From Lingula anatina (lineage: Eukaryota; Animalia; Brachiopoda), in contig CM120648.1 in the NCBI GenBank assembly GCA_051362555.1, forward strand, positions 17,170,587 through 17,234,586: a stretch of DNA of 64,000 nucleotides, in the 5' to 3' direction. This document shows positions 39,898 to 52,526 of the stretch, piece by piece. The translations under genes were made by a program, and so were the position numbers. Positions within the stretch are counted from its first letter, which is position 1, and every line of letters starts with the position of its first letter. Under the pieces are notes generated by a model that worked only from the letters and a program-made list of their open reading frames with translations, was not told the DNA's origin and did no database searches.

Positions 39898-40074
39898 TTT
39901 TCATTACATCCTGATTCCAGTGGTATATGTAGCAGTTATAGGAGATTAAACTCTATTTTACATGAACTTCAGGGTACTTGGACACACATTTTGAAATGGA
40001 ATAAGTGTCAGAATTGAAAAGTTTAATGATGATGATGATGCTAATGATGATAATGTTCGGTTTTTCAGATCAGT

Positions 40075-43000
40075 ATGAGTAACTTTTTGCGTAAGTTACT
40101 ACGGCGTAAGCACGTCGACTTAGAGAATGTGGAAGATACAAAACTTCACAGATGTCTTTCAACCCTAGATCTTACTTTCTTAGGTAAGTTTATTATTGTG
40201 GATTATATTTTTAGTCTTTTTTAGTAGATTGCATTGGGTGATAATATTACTGATAATATTACCTTCCTTGCCACCACCCACCCCCCCAACCTCACCCCCA
40301 CCCCCCATCCTTACTCCCACCCCCACTCCCATCCTCACCCCCCACCCCCCATCCTTACGCCAGTCCCCGCCCCCAATCCTCACCCCACAATCCCAATCCC
40401 CCCCATTAGTTTTGAATGTGGTGTTCCATCGTATTATGTACTAGTAATGTTCTAGTACTAGTAAATAACCTTTTGTATGGGAACTGCATGGCATAGGCAC
40501 TTGTATTCTCAAGGTTCTATATACAGGGTCCACTTTTATCACTAATTTTACTCTATTTGTCCTTCAAGGCACCAGTTCCACATGTTTATTGACTGAAACC
40601 ATTGAACATATTCAAGTAAAACTTTATTGTCTCAGCTTCAGTTTTCCAGGTAGTTGTCATGGGTCCAGTGTTAACATTAAAAAACTGTGTTCACATTCAT
40701 TTTACTTTCTATATTAAACATGTTTATATTTCCAGGTATTGGGAGTACCCTGGGAGCTGGTATCTATGTGGTTGCCGGGCAGGTTGCCAAGGAGACGGCT
40801 GGACCTTCAGTTGTCTTATCATTCTTCATCGCAGCCGTGGCCTCAGTTTTGGCAGGTATGCAGTACAGAGGGTAAAAGAAATTCCATTTCACAAAAAAAA
40901 AAAGAAAAAAAAAACCTAACACACTGTCACAGCTCACACACTTGTACACTGTCTTTGATCTAAATTAAAAAAATAAAACTTGTTTTGTATTTGATCTCAT
41001 TCCTTATTTTCCAGGCATGTGTTATGCAGAGTTTGGGGCCAGGGTTCCTAAGACAGGGTCAGCCTATGTATACAGTTATGTCACAGTGGGGGAATTATGG
41101 GCCTTTATCATTGGCTGGAATCTTATCTTAGAATATGTCATAGGTATTGGCAAACTCCCTGATTTATTTTGTTTTATTTTATTTTATTTTTTTATTTTAT
41201 TATATTATATAACTGAGTATTTTGAAATAATATGTGAATTGGTTGATGTTTATTTTATTTCATCTATTTACTATTTTTATTAACAGTGATGGGAATTGAT
41301 CTCTTTTCATCCCATGTACTATTTAAAATCCTATTATAATAATGACAATTGTTATTATAATGATAAAAATAATGATGTTGTATAATATTAATTTAAGTTT
41401 AATTGAAAAATGATAAATCTAATATTGATATTCCAGTTCACCATGTTAATATATCATATTCCCTCCACCAGGTACCGCCAGTGTGGCGCGGGCGTGGAGC
41501 GCCTATTTCGACACTCTAATTGGAGGCGCTATAGAGAAATTCTTCTCCCAGTACGTTCACATAGACGTCCCATATCTGTCCAAGTACCCAGACTTCTTTG
41601 CCTTAGCAATAACATTACTTTTGACTGGTAGGCTAATTTTTTTTCTCTTTAAATTAGTGGGTTGTTTTAATGATTGCTCCCATAATTCAATGGTACTGAA
41701 TGGTGTCCTGATGAGTAGGAAATTACAAAACAAAAAAAACTGACATTAAAAAAAAAAAAGAAAATAAATATAATAATAAAATTGTGACTGTGTTCTAGTT
41801 GAAAGGAATAGAAAAGTTGTCCTACGTATTTAGACCACATTACGTAGAAGATGGTTCTGTAGTAAACTAAAGGACGGGGGGGGGTCTTGTGCCATCAGGG
41901 TCACTCCCTCTCCTCTCCTAAATCCTTGGCTCTCTTAATTACACAAAAGAAAGCTTTACAGATTGTCTTAACTTTTACACCAAATGTTAAGTTTGTTTGT
42001 CCCAAGATACTTCAATAAGAGCACTGATATAGTTCTGTAGTCGCCATGTTCCAGTGCACCCCTTCAAAATTCTCCTATACTGAAGTTGGGCAATATTTTA
42101 GGTTTAAAAACGTAGTGAATTTAATTAATTTTTTTTCCTAACTGTGTTTTATTTCAGTGATATTAGCCATAGGTGTTAAAGAGTCTTCCTTCGTCAACAA
42201 TATCTTCACGGGGGTCAACCTGCTGGTGGTCACCTACGTTGTTGTGTGTGGATGTTTTAAAGCAGATTTTAAAAACTGGAATATAAGTGAAAATCAGGTT
42301 TGTAGTGATGGCTATAACAACCTCTATTTGTACTTTCTGTATTTATTTGAAAACAGAGTTTTTAAACTACAGTAACTTGAATATCTGTTAGAGTACATTG
42401 CAATTATTATAATAGAAGTAGTTTCTTTAAAATGACAGCTACTAATCAGATTAAAGCATTTCCAAATAAATCTGAGTGTAGCTGATGAAATTTCTAGAAA
42501 AATTAATGTTTGTTGTAAGAATATCTGAAGTTCACTCACTTAATATGTCATTTACAGGTACCAAATTACACAGATCCCACAGAACCATTTGGGCATGGCG
42601 GCTTCTTCTCCTACGGCATCTCCGGTACCCTGTCTGGTGCTGCCACCTGTTTTTATGCATTTGTTGGCTTTGACTGTATCGCTACAACAGGTGGGTGAAA
42701 CTTGAAATATCTGAGAATTCTCTTTACTAAATTGTTATTAGTTGGCTTTGACTGTATCGCAACAACAGGAAACAATGGAGCAAATCAGTTAAGTAGAAAG
42801 CCTGTACAGCAAAGCAACGGCAGGTATAATCAAGATTGCTTCGACTGGTTGGTGAAACTTGATTTACATAATGATTCTGTTAATTTACAAAATTGTTGGC
42901 TTTGTACTGTATTTCTATAACAGCTGGACAAAACATGCCATGCGTGGGATTGCTACAACAGGTAAGTAAACTTGCAATACCTGAGATTTTAAAATCTGTG

Positions 43001-46000
43001 AATTTTGTTTACTAACATTGTTTTTTTGGCTTTGATTCCATTGCTACAACTGGTGGGTAAAGCATGGAATACGTGGGATTTTAAAACCTATGAATTCTGT
43101 TTATTTAACATTGTTGACTGTATGCTCTGACTAAACCTCCACAACAGGTGGGTAAAGCATTATTACCAGGGATTTAAAACCTTTGAAATCTGCTCATAAA
43201 AAGTAGTTTGTTAGTTTAGACTGTACTGCCCCAGCAGGTAATGCTTGTGATTGTGAATTATAACTCCAAGATCTTCAGCTCTGTTTGTATTCTTTCTTAG
43301 AGAAATGATATCATTTCTGGACAGGAAGGACCCATAAAGATCAGCTCATCTCCTTCATAGAGAAAGGCAAGCAGTGTGAACCCCACCTTGTATTGACTTT
43401 GATGTACATAACACAATCATTCAACTAAGGAACTCTTCACTCTGTCGCCAAGCTAATGTGCACTAGCTCCTGGGGGACTTTTGCTGAATGCAGTCAGATT
43501 AACAAACTTACAGGCAATCTCCGGGCATTGAGCAGTATATAGAGAAGCTGATGATTATACAACACAGTGACAAACTGGTGTTTTTTCTTTCAGGTGAAGA
43601 GGTACAAAACCCCCAAAAGGCCATCCCCATCAGCATTATAGTGTCACTGCTGGCCTGTTTTGCTGCATATTTTGGGATATCTGCCATCTTGACCTTGATG
43701 TGGCCGTACTATGACCTTGACTCCAGTGCACCACTGCCCGTGGTATTTGATGACGTGGGCTGGACTGTCGCCAAGTATATCATAGCAGTAGGCGCCATAT
43801 GTGGACTGTCTACAAGGTAGTAGATTTATTTTACTGACTGTGCAATATTTTTTATTAATTATTAATTATTTAATTATGCAATATTCTAAAAATATTGTAA
43901 GGTTGTAATATAATATGTATTGATTGATTTATTTATGTATTTTCAAAGTACAAACAAAATGCCACATTAATGTCTTCATCACTTTCTAACGGTTAAATTA
44001 TTCAACCTAAAATGCATTTAATATGTGAAGTACAGGGATGAAAAAAAAATGAACCGGATTTGTCTTATTTTGCTCATAGTAATTTGTGTTATATGTGTAT
44101 TTGGGAGGGGTAGCATGAATCACTTACATAACAGTAAAACAAAATTTTGTATCTAAGATAAAGTTGCCTTTTTGTACCAAGTTTCAACTTTGAAGTTGGA
44201 TATCAGCCTGGATATGAATTAGAAGTTTAACTGTATAATCAGCACCCACCATTTTTTCCAGTTTACTTGGTGCTATGTTCCCGATGCCTCGTGTGATCTA
44301 CGCCATGGCACAAGATGGCCTCCTCTTCTGGTTCCTGGCTGACATCAGCCCCAGGTTTCACACGCCATTACTTGCCACTGCGATATCAGGGATTTTATCT
44401 GGTAAACTCTACGTCTTAAGTGTCCTTTTTTGAATCTCCATCAATCATTTTATTGTAGAGTTTTTGATTTGTTATAATTTTTAACTTACTTTTTTGTTGG
44501 TCTTTCTTGTTATATTTGTTTGACTATGAATATGAAAAATTGTCATGACATGCAATAAATCTAAAAAGAACACAATAAAATATATATGGTATTAAATTTC
44601 AGGTTGTATGGCCATGTTGTTTGATTTAACAGAACTGGTCAATATGATGTCCATAGGAACACTTCTTGCCTATACACTAGTAGGAGCCTGTGTGTTAATA
44701 TTAAGATATCGCCCAGATAAAGAGGACATTCTCTCCAATAGTGTTGACCTAGGAGGACAAGAGCGCTATTACACTGGCGTCCCTCTCTTAAAGGATATTA
44801 TTAGGACAGCTTTTGTGAGAACTAGACCTAACCCCACGGATTTAACATCCACCATTGTAGCCTTCGCAGTGTTAATTATAGGTAATCAGCTTCCAAGACA
44901 CACAGTATTATATAGCAATTAGAAAAAGGAATGTATAATTAGATAAAGGATATAGTCAATGATTTAATGAGTATATAAGTAAATAAATGGTGATAATTTT
45001 TTCAGTAATTTTCAATTTATTTCTAACAAAATGTATGCAAAACCCACAGTTTATAGAAAAACAATGGTCTAGTAAACTGGCTTTGATATCTAACCTTTGA
45101 GATGTCTGTTGGATTTTTTTTTTGTTTTTTAATTATCCAAAATCTTGTTGTTGTGATAAAATTTTACATTTATAACACGGTTTTCCATGTTGTTATAATA
45201 AACTTCCAGGGTTTCTGGTGGCGGGTATCAGCGCTGTGATCATCTACGCCCAGCAGTATCTAGCAAACGCCCAGTGGTGGGCCATTCTACTACTGGTGAT
45301 ATTAGTGGTGCCACTGATTCTCCTGGTCATTGTCATCTGGATACAGCCACAAAACAAAAGATGTGTCACATTTCTGGTAAGACTTGAGTCGGATTGGCTT
45401 ACTGTGTGTGTGTGTGTGTGTGTGTGTTTGTGTATTTGTACGTGTGGGTGTGTCAGTATGTGTTTATGTGGAGATAGAGAATTTTAAAGGCCAGTTTTTT
45501 CTGTGAAAAATTCTCCAGCTGGGTTATGTTATAAGAATAAATTAACCTTTTCTCCAATCAACAGCTAATATTGAAATTGATTACTATGAAGATGTGCAAC
45601 ACAGACATTGGATTGTTATAGATGAACAATTTTAATATAAGCAGTTGATTAAAGAAAAAATACTACCCTTTGTATCTGTAAACAAATCCACTGGCCTAAA
45701 TGGTGGTTGTCTTAATAATGATATTTGCTCTCGTTGCTGACAGTGATAGTATGTATAGAGAGCTCAGTGTGTGTGTGTGTATAGGTGAAGAGGTGTGGGC
45801 ATAAATATTACATATACACTTGTGCCTGTTACTATCCTCTAGGTGCCTGGAGTGCCAGTGATGCCTGTGATCAGTATGTTCATCAATATATTCCTCATGT
45901 TAAAGCTTCCTGTTCAGACCTGGGTAAGGTTTGGAGTCTGGATGCTGATAGGTAAGTCTCTTTTTCTCTCCAAACAATCTCCACTGAGACATTCAGGTAT

Positions 46001-46214
46001 TTGTCACAATCTCAACTGACACATTTGTATGTTTGCCAGTGTCTCAACTGACTGTCTTCTGATTTCAGGATTTTTGATCTACTTTGGTTATGGGATATGG
46101 AAGAGCCGAGCAGAGCCGGATTATCGTCTGCTTGAGCAAGAACCAGACGAGACGACTGGTATCCTGTCAGATGAGGAAAGCATCAATCCAGCAGAAAAAT
46201 CTTCATATCAATGA
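40075..46214 (+). CDS. Cationic amino acid transporter (SLC7A1/2/3-like, CAT/APC family), spliced, about 616 aa
   Basis: Exons: 40075-40183, 40736-40855, 41015-41143, 41472-41627, 42158-42297, 42558-42690, 43594-43816, 44262-44401, 44603-44881, 45210-45376, 45843-45951, 46069-46214 (total 1851 nt, all GT-AG, in phase). Motifs: [122 protein letters not shown]. Confidence 0.96.
40270..40405. repeat. C-rich degenerate repeat (CCCCATCCT(T/C)AC) in an SLC7A intron
   Basis: Many C3-C6 runs with short spacers; G-rich on the minus strand. Confidence 0.7.
42661..43245 (+). repeat. Degenerate tandem copies of an SLC7A exon end plus donor site
   Basis: TTGTTGGCTTTGACTGT...ACAACAG|GT(G/A)GGT recurs about 6 times after the true donor at 42690. 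Confidence 0.8.
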
Positions 46215-46740
46215 TGAAATGCCCCAACTGAAGTTATCCTTGTTCATAACATGTCATGTGATCTGATGTCATCATTCATAAAACTGACCAATCAGAGGTT
46301 CTGGGTTGAGGTTACTATCATAAGGGACCAATCAAATAAGTTGTTTCATTCCAAGTACAATATTGCGTCAGTGGAGTTGACCAATCAGAAAGCTTTATGA
46401 TAATTTGAAAGAATGCCTAATTAGAGGCATGGGAAATCTTGGGATAATCAACTGACGTTAATACTAATGAGATTCATACCAAATCAATCTATTTTGCATC
46501 CCAGAATTTATTTTGTTAGCAATATAGCATAACGTTCAGTGGGAGATTTAGGGGGTGTCAGGGGGGTCGCTGATCCCCCCTTGGTTTCTGGGAAAAAATC
46601 GCACCGATGTTCCTCTCTTGATATTAGACTGTTGAAGAGCTGAATCACAGTTCTAAACTGCACCAAATGACACAGTTAGCCCTCCAAATGAACCGAACCC
46701 CACACCAAGGGGACAAGAGTCGGCTCAGCATCTGTCTGTC

Positions 46741-46788
<48 letters not shown>

Positions 46789-46973
46789 GGGGCACCCCCC
46801 CCCCCTTCAAATAATCCTGGATCTGCCCATGAAGTTATAAAAGGTCAGCTGGCTTCATGTTTCGAAGTTGTTACTGAATAGGTTAAATGTATGAATTTTT
46901 GGAATAATAATAGTAGTATAATTTATAAGAAAGACATACATAGGTACAAACATAGAGAGCCAAAGAGAACTAA

Positions 46974-47189
46974 CAGACCATTCCCACAGATATTTAGATC
47001 GATCTAGCCCCCTGGGGAGTCTCACTAAATTACTGTCACCCTGACTGTCTGTCCCACCTACTAAAAATTGTAAGGGGGTAATTAACCTTAGTGCGCTCGG
47101 CTCCCGGAAGCTGACAGCAATTTAACGTGAACCCCAGGGAGTTAGGTCGATCCAGATAGATCGATCTAAATCTGTGGGAACCCAGTCTA
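46974..47189. mobile_element. MITE downstream of SLC7A; family also at about 8360-8600, 21620-21835 and 27960-28175
   Basis: TIRs TTCCCACAGAT..TTAGATCGATCTA / TAGATCGATCTAAATCTGTGGGAA. The internal GTTAATTACCCCCT core is shared with the other copies in opposite orientation. Confidence 0.7.
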
Positions 47190-49354
47190 AGTCTTATTTT
47201 AAACGTTTGTTTTATATCGTCTGCAGGAAGGAACTAGCCATCACTCTACTTTTGTACTTACCCAAGAATCACTCAAAGTTGGAACTGAAGATTAAGAAAT
47301 AAGATTAATCAATTTGATGAACACACACACACATAGCAAGTATATATTTTAAACTGATTTTAGAGCCTAAGCTACCTAACATTGATTGACTTATGATATT
47401 AGGTGTTCATCAGATGCTGACATCCAGTACACGGTGCATTAAAAATGTTCGTTGTTTCAGCTGTGAAAGAAGAAGCAGAAAATTATGCAAAAAAAGTTAT
47501 AAAACCATGACTTATATCTTTTATTATTGAAAATAAATGAATTTTCTCAGATTATTTTTTTGTTTTATATTATACTGTGATTGTAATAAACATCCTTGCA
47601 GTAAAATATAACGAAGCAGTTTTTTTCCGATTATGTTGAAATATACTTCTGGATGATGTGCGGAAATGGCTCCATCTTTTCGGAAAATTGCGAATTTTAC
47701 AGATACATTTTTTCCAAGTCATAAATTCTTAAAATGAGAACATTTTTATTATGTGGTAACAACTAAATTTAAAAGCTGGCTGTTCTATGCAGCAATATCA
47801 CCACAAATGCTATAGTAAAATATAATTTAATGATTCGAAAACTATCTGAAAGGTTGATAGTTTTTTCCCTAATGAAAATCTCGTTTTTTTTTCCGAATAT
47901 TTACAGAGGATTCAAGGGGAGGGGGGGGGGGTAGAGATCACAATTCACGGGAAATAAGATCATCTCAAATCACAGTGAATAAAACTTTATTCATGTCACT
48001 GATACTGCGAGTTGAAAATCCTGAAAATCGCGAATAACCGGGTATGATGATATAGATAACCAGTGAAAAATGTCCTGTTGAAGACCCGCCTTCGATTGAA
48101 TTAATTGTCTCAGATGTTTTAAACATCATTCTGAAATGAAAACCTACCGTGTAATCATGTCGAGTCGCACGCGATCAGGTCTTAAGTGCAAGCAGTTTAC
48201 GTCATTGTCTTTGGAGAATCGCAAGAAAACTTCTCAATGATGAGGATTAAGTATTTCACAGCTTTCTAATTAACCTCTTGAATTCCTACTAATAGCATAG
48301 CCAAGTACTAAAATGATACATTAGATCTGCTAGAAACACCCAATCCACTGGCAGAGAAAGCGACAAGTGACATCTGAAGATGGAAGGAAGTCACACCAAT
48401 CATCAGCATGTCACACAAGTGGCTTTGTTAGTCACAAAAATATATTTTCAAGAGGTTCGCTTTTCACCCAGCCCTGAATATAATTGGCTTCGCGATGGAA
48501 AATTACCACAAAATTGATGCTGTTCTTTGTTCTTCTTCGGAACCCCCCTTACAATAATCACGACGCAATCAAGACCGCGTGCAGCACGTTGTCAGACCTT
48601 ACTTCACCCCCTTGCTGACTTGAAAACTCAATCGATCGAGTTGTCCGTGAATCCATTTCACCTTTTTTCTGTTGCTTACGACATCGGTTCTGTTTTCGTC
48701 GGCTTTTCCTGGAAAGTGACTGTCCCAGTTTGTTAGTGGACACGGTATCTCTAATAAGTTTTCGTGAATTTTGACAAAAGAAAGAACCATAAGAGAGGAC
48801 ATGAAGTGAAGGCAATGTCTTCTGATTCTTGACCTTCTGATGTTTGCTGAAACATATTTTATTGTCCTCTCCATGACGGGGAGCAACCCAAGAAAGTATA
48901 ACTATAAAAGCAAAAAAAAAAAAAAAAAAAAAAAATGGTCACAAAGCATTTATATTAAAACTGGAACCAGCACCAACTATTTCCCCTACATGTGTGCTAC
49001 ACCATATTTACAAGAAGCGATTAAACCGGTTTTTGAATTCAAGTCTTTACTAACTGGCTTCATTTAAACCCAATAGTCGCCGTAACTATTACATGAGTGA
49101 ATCAAAAACGAGAAATGTCGAAGTAAAAGGGTGGTTCACAGGTCGATCTTTATTTTGTAAGTTGTTTTGGATGAGGTATTCCTTGGCGGTTAAGAGAAAG
49201 GTGTTGACATTTCCAGGGAGATTCTTTTCCCTGTAAAAGTGTGACGTTCATGGTGTGCTTTTAAAGACACAACAGCGTCTGTCTGGCGGATACCTAGGAT
49301 GTGATGGCTTGGTGTCAAATATGGTCACTTTGGTGGATGGAAACGTCATTGAGC

Positions 49355-49386
<32 letters not shown>

Positions 49387-49781
49387 TTTTTTTTTTTTTT
49401 GCATTAGATTTCAGTGGGATAAGCACTTGACAACATCATTTCAAGAGTTTTAGAATTAAAAGTCAATTTTGCTAAAACATCTTTGAGTGTGTGTGAGAGA
49501 GAGAGAGAGAAAGAGATCGAGAGAGAGATGTAAAGAAAGAAATAACAAAAATATGACCTCCACTATTACCATACACATAAATCGCATATTCTGTAACACA
49601 ACATGCAACAAAGTGATGAACAAATTGACCAAAAGAAAGCAGAATGTCATTACTCGTGTGAGTGATAAACCAGTTTTAATGAAAAGTTGTCGGGAAGGCT
49701 ATATATCTCATTTAACACTGGTACTGAGCGTCACAGGTATCTTTATTTCACGGCAATAATGAATTGTCTCTGATAACCCCC

Positions 49782-50122
49782 CACACACACACACATACAT
49801 AAACACACACACATAGACACACACACACACACACACACATACACACACACATACACATAGACACACATACACACATACATACACACACATACACACATTC
49901 ACATACACACACACATACATATACACACATTCACATACATACACACACACATAGACACACATACACACACACACATACACACACACATACACACATACAT
50001 ACACATACATACACATACATACACACATACACACATACATACACACACATACACACACACATACACACACATACACATACATACACACATACACACATAG
50101 ACACACACACACATACACACAT

Positions 50123-50155
<33 letters not shown>

Positions 50156-50160
50156 AACAC
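49782..50160. repeat. Compound (CA)n/(CATA)n microsatellite
   Basis: Directly visible; it explains the VCVC/MYVC pseudo-ORFs. Confidence 0.98.
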
Positions 50161-50423
50161 AGCAATATATCGTTGAGCACATTAGTGTCCGTTTTCTCTG
50201 TAAACTGACAGTGAGCGCTAACCATACCTTATATCTAATGCAGAAGCATACAGCATATGGTGCTCGTTATTTTCTCTATAACATGGCCATGTATGGAACA
50301 TTTCGAACCCATGTACACATACTGTACAAAACACATTGTTCAATTTTCACTTTACCTTGATTTATTCAAATTGATCTGATCTCGATCTAAGTTCTTGGCG
50401 TGTGCTGGCGTTAGGAGATGGCA

Positions 50424-50427
<4 letters not shown>

Positions 50428-50493
<66 letters not shown>
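50428..50493. repeat. (AT)n microsatellite
   Basis: Directly visible. Confidence 0.95.
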
Positions 50494-50498
<5 letters not shown>

Positions 50499-50784
50499 TG
50501 AAAATAAATAAATAAATAAATAAACACAAGAAGTGTGAACCCCCACTCTGAGTTTCACGGACGTACCCATAGGGTTTGCCTTATCATCAGGAGGTGTTTA
50601 TTCTTTAATATATACAGCAAACGGATCTTAAAAAAAAAAAAAACGATCTTTCTGCAAAAAATCAATAAATAAATGAACATTTCACATACTTTTGTAGAGG
50701 AACTCAATTTTGCGTCGAATATATTCCCAAGTTCAATCTATTAAACACATCCGGACCATCAAACTTGTCCAATGTTGACTTAGA

Positions 50785-50818
<34 letters not shown>

Positions 50819-51961
50819 ACATGTAGAGCTTTGTCATACTAGAGGTTGTATAATTAACCTTTAAGATGGAATGGTATTGTCCTTCAACCTTTGCCTGTGG
50901 TGTTTTGATTGGCTTCTTGAGGTATAATTGACATGGACGTGTCTTAATATATAAAGCCAAGGTACTTTATACTATCGTGGTTAAGCTAATAAACGGCGTT
51001 CTGTCGTCGTAAGGCAGTTGTCAGCTGTACCAATTTTTATCAAGAGGAGCTCGGGAATGTTGCTTATCGCCATACCAGTTTGTCGCTGTGTTCGAAAGTC
51101 TAAACTTTAATTTTTCCGAAGACAATATAGACCCATAACCAAGTCTGTGTCTGAGTCGCGTAGCTAAGCGCTTATTGGATTCCTTATGTTACGAAGAGAC
51201 TGGACCTATAAAGCAATAGAGTTGTTATTTATAACAGTACCATTTCATGATCAGTTAGAAATCTTGAAGAGGCTTCACGTTCACATGTGATGGCAGACGT
51301 AAGAGATATCTCCTGAATTTCGGAACGAAAAGATGAAATATCGACTTTTTTACGGGGACGTCCAATTCGGTTAGCAATAAGATATCGGTGAACCTGTATT
51401 GCTTTCTACCCCTGACATTGCATCAACACATTGGGAAATCATCAGACGACAGCTACTGCCATTGACACAGAAAAAAAGCGCATTAACTGTGATCTCTTCT
51501 GTTGCAGAGGAGAGCACCTTGCTGTAAACATTGGCCTATTTGCCGTAGATGAAGATCTGTATATAATTCCACACTGTTGGAACGCTTTCATACAAGGACG
51601 TTTTTTCCGCAGACGTCAAACAGCTACGCTATAGAGATCTTGTGCAGGCGGCATATAGCACAGGTTAGTAAGAAGACGTTAGAAGTAATCATTGATAAGA
51701 ATAAATGTACAGCTTGTTATTAATATTGCCAATTGCAAGCTCTTTTGTGTAACACAAACTGCGACTCGGTATGGTGGCTGTTTTATTGTGCGCTACGAGC
51801 CGAGGCAGCAATAAGATAAAGTTGCTAAGGACTGAGAGAAGATGGTAAACAAGACCAAAGAAGCTCCATCGATTTCTCTGCATATCGCTTTCTTCAATCA
51901 CAAGAACTTTTTGTTTGCTGTCTCCCACCTTCAGTGAGTCGATTCTAGACCAGTCTTATTG

Positions 51962-52016
<55 letters not shown>

Positions 52017-52495
52017 TATGAACAGCTGTCAAAGGCTCATAATTATCCAAGAATTACAATCAAACGTCATTTTGTTTCCAGTTCGTTCTAAATATGATTT
52101 CGTACAGCCCCTATAATAAACTGCCCTAGGATGGTGGTCCACTGTAAGTCGGTTCGTAAAAAACTTTTCAGCTAGCATTGTGAACGTTATCTTCAATTTT
52201 CCATTGCCACTGGACCAAATTTGGGATTTCATGAGTAGGCTGTAATGGCTTTTTCATTTTATTAAGTTTATTTTGTTGACTGATCAACAGGAAGGTAAGG
52301 TATATTATGAATGTTGAATATTTAACTAAATTATTTTATTGTTTTTATGGCCAAAGTGTCTGTTTTATACCTATACTTATAATAACATATATATATATTT
52401 TTATACATTTGATGTTTATTAGTAGAAAGCCTTTTTGTCAGTAAGTCGCCAAACGGGAGACAGACCATTTCAGTTTTTTATATATTTTTATTATT

Positions 52496-52526
<31 letters not shown>

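Noticed and set aside
49708-50225. Cys/Val-rich ORFs
   Set aside because: They are translations of a CA/CATA microsatellite.
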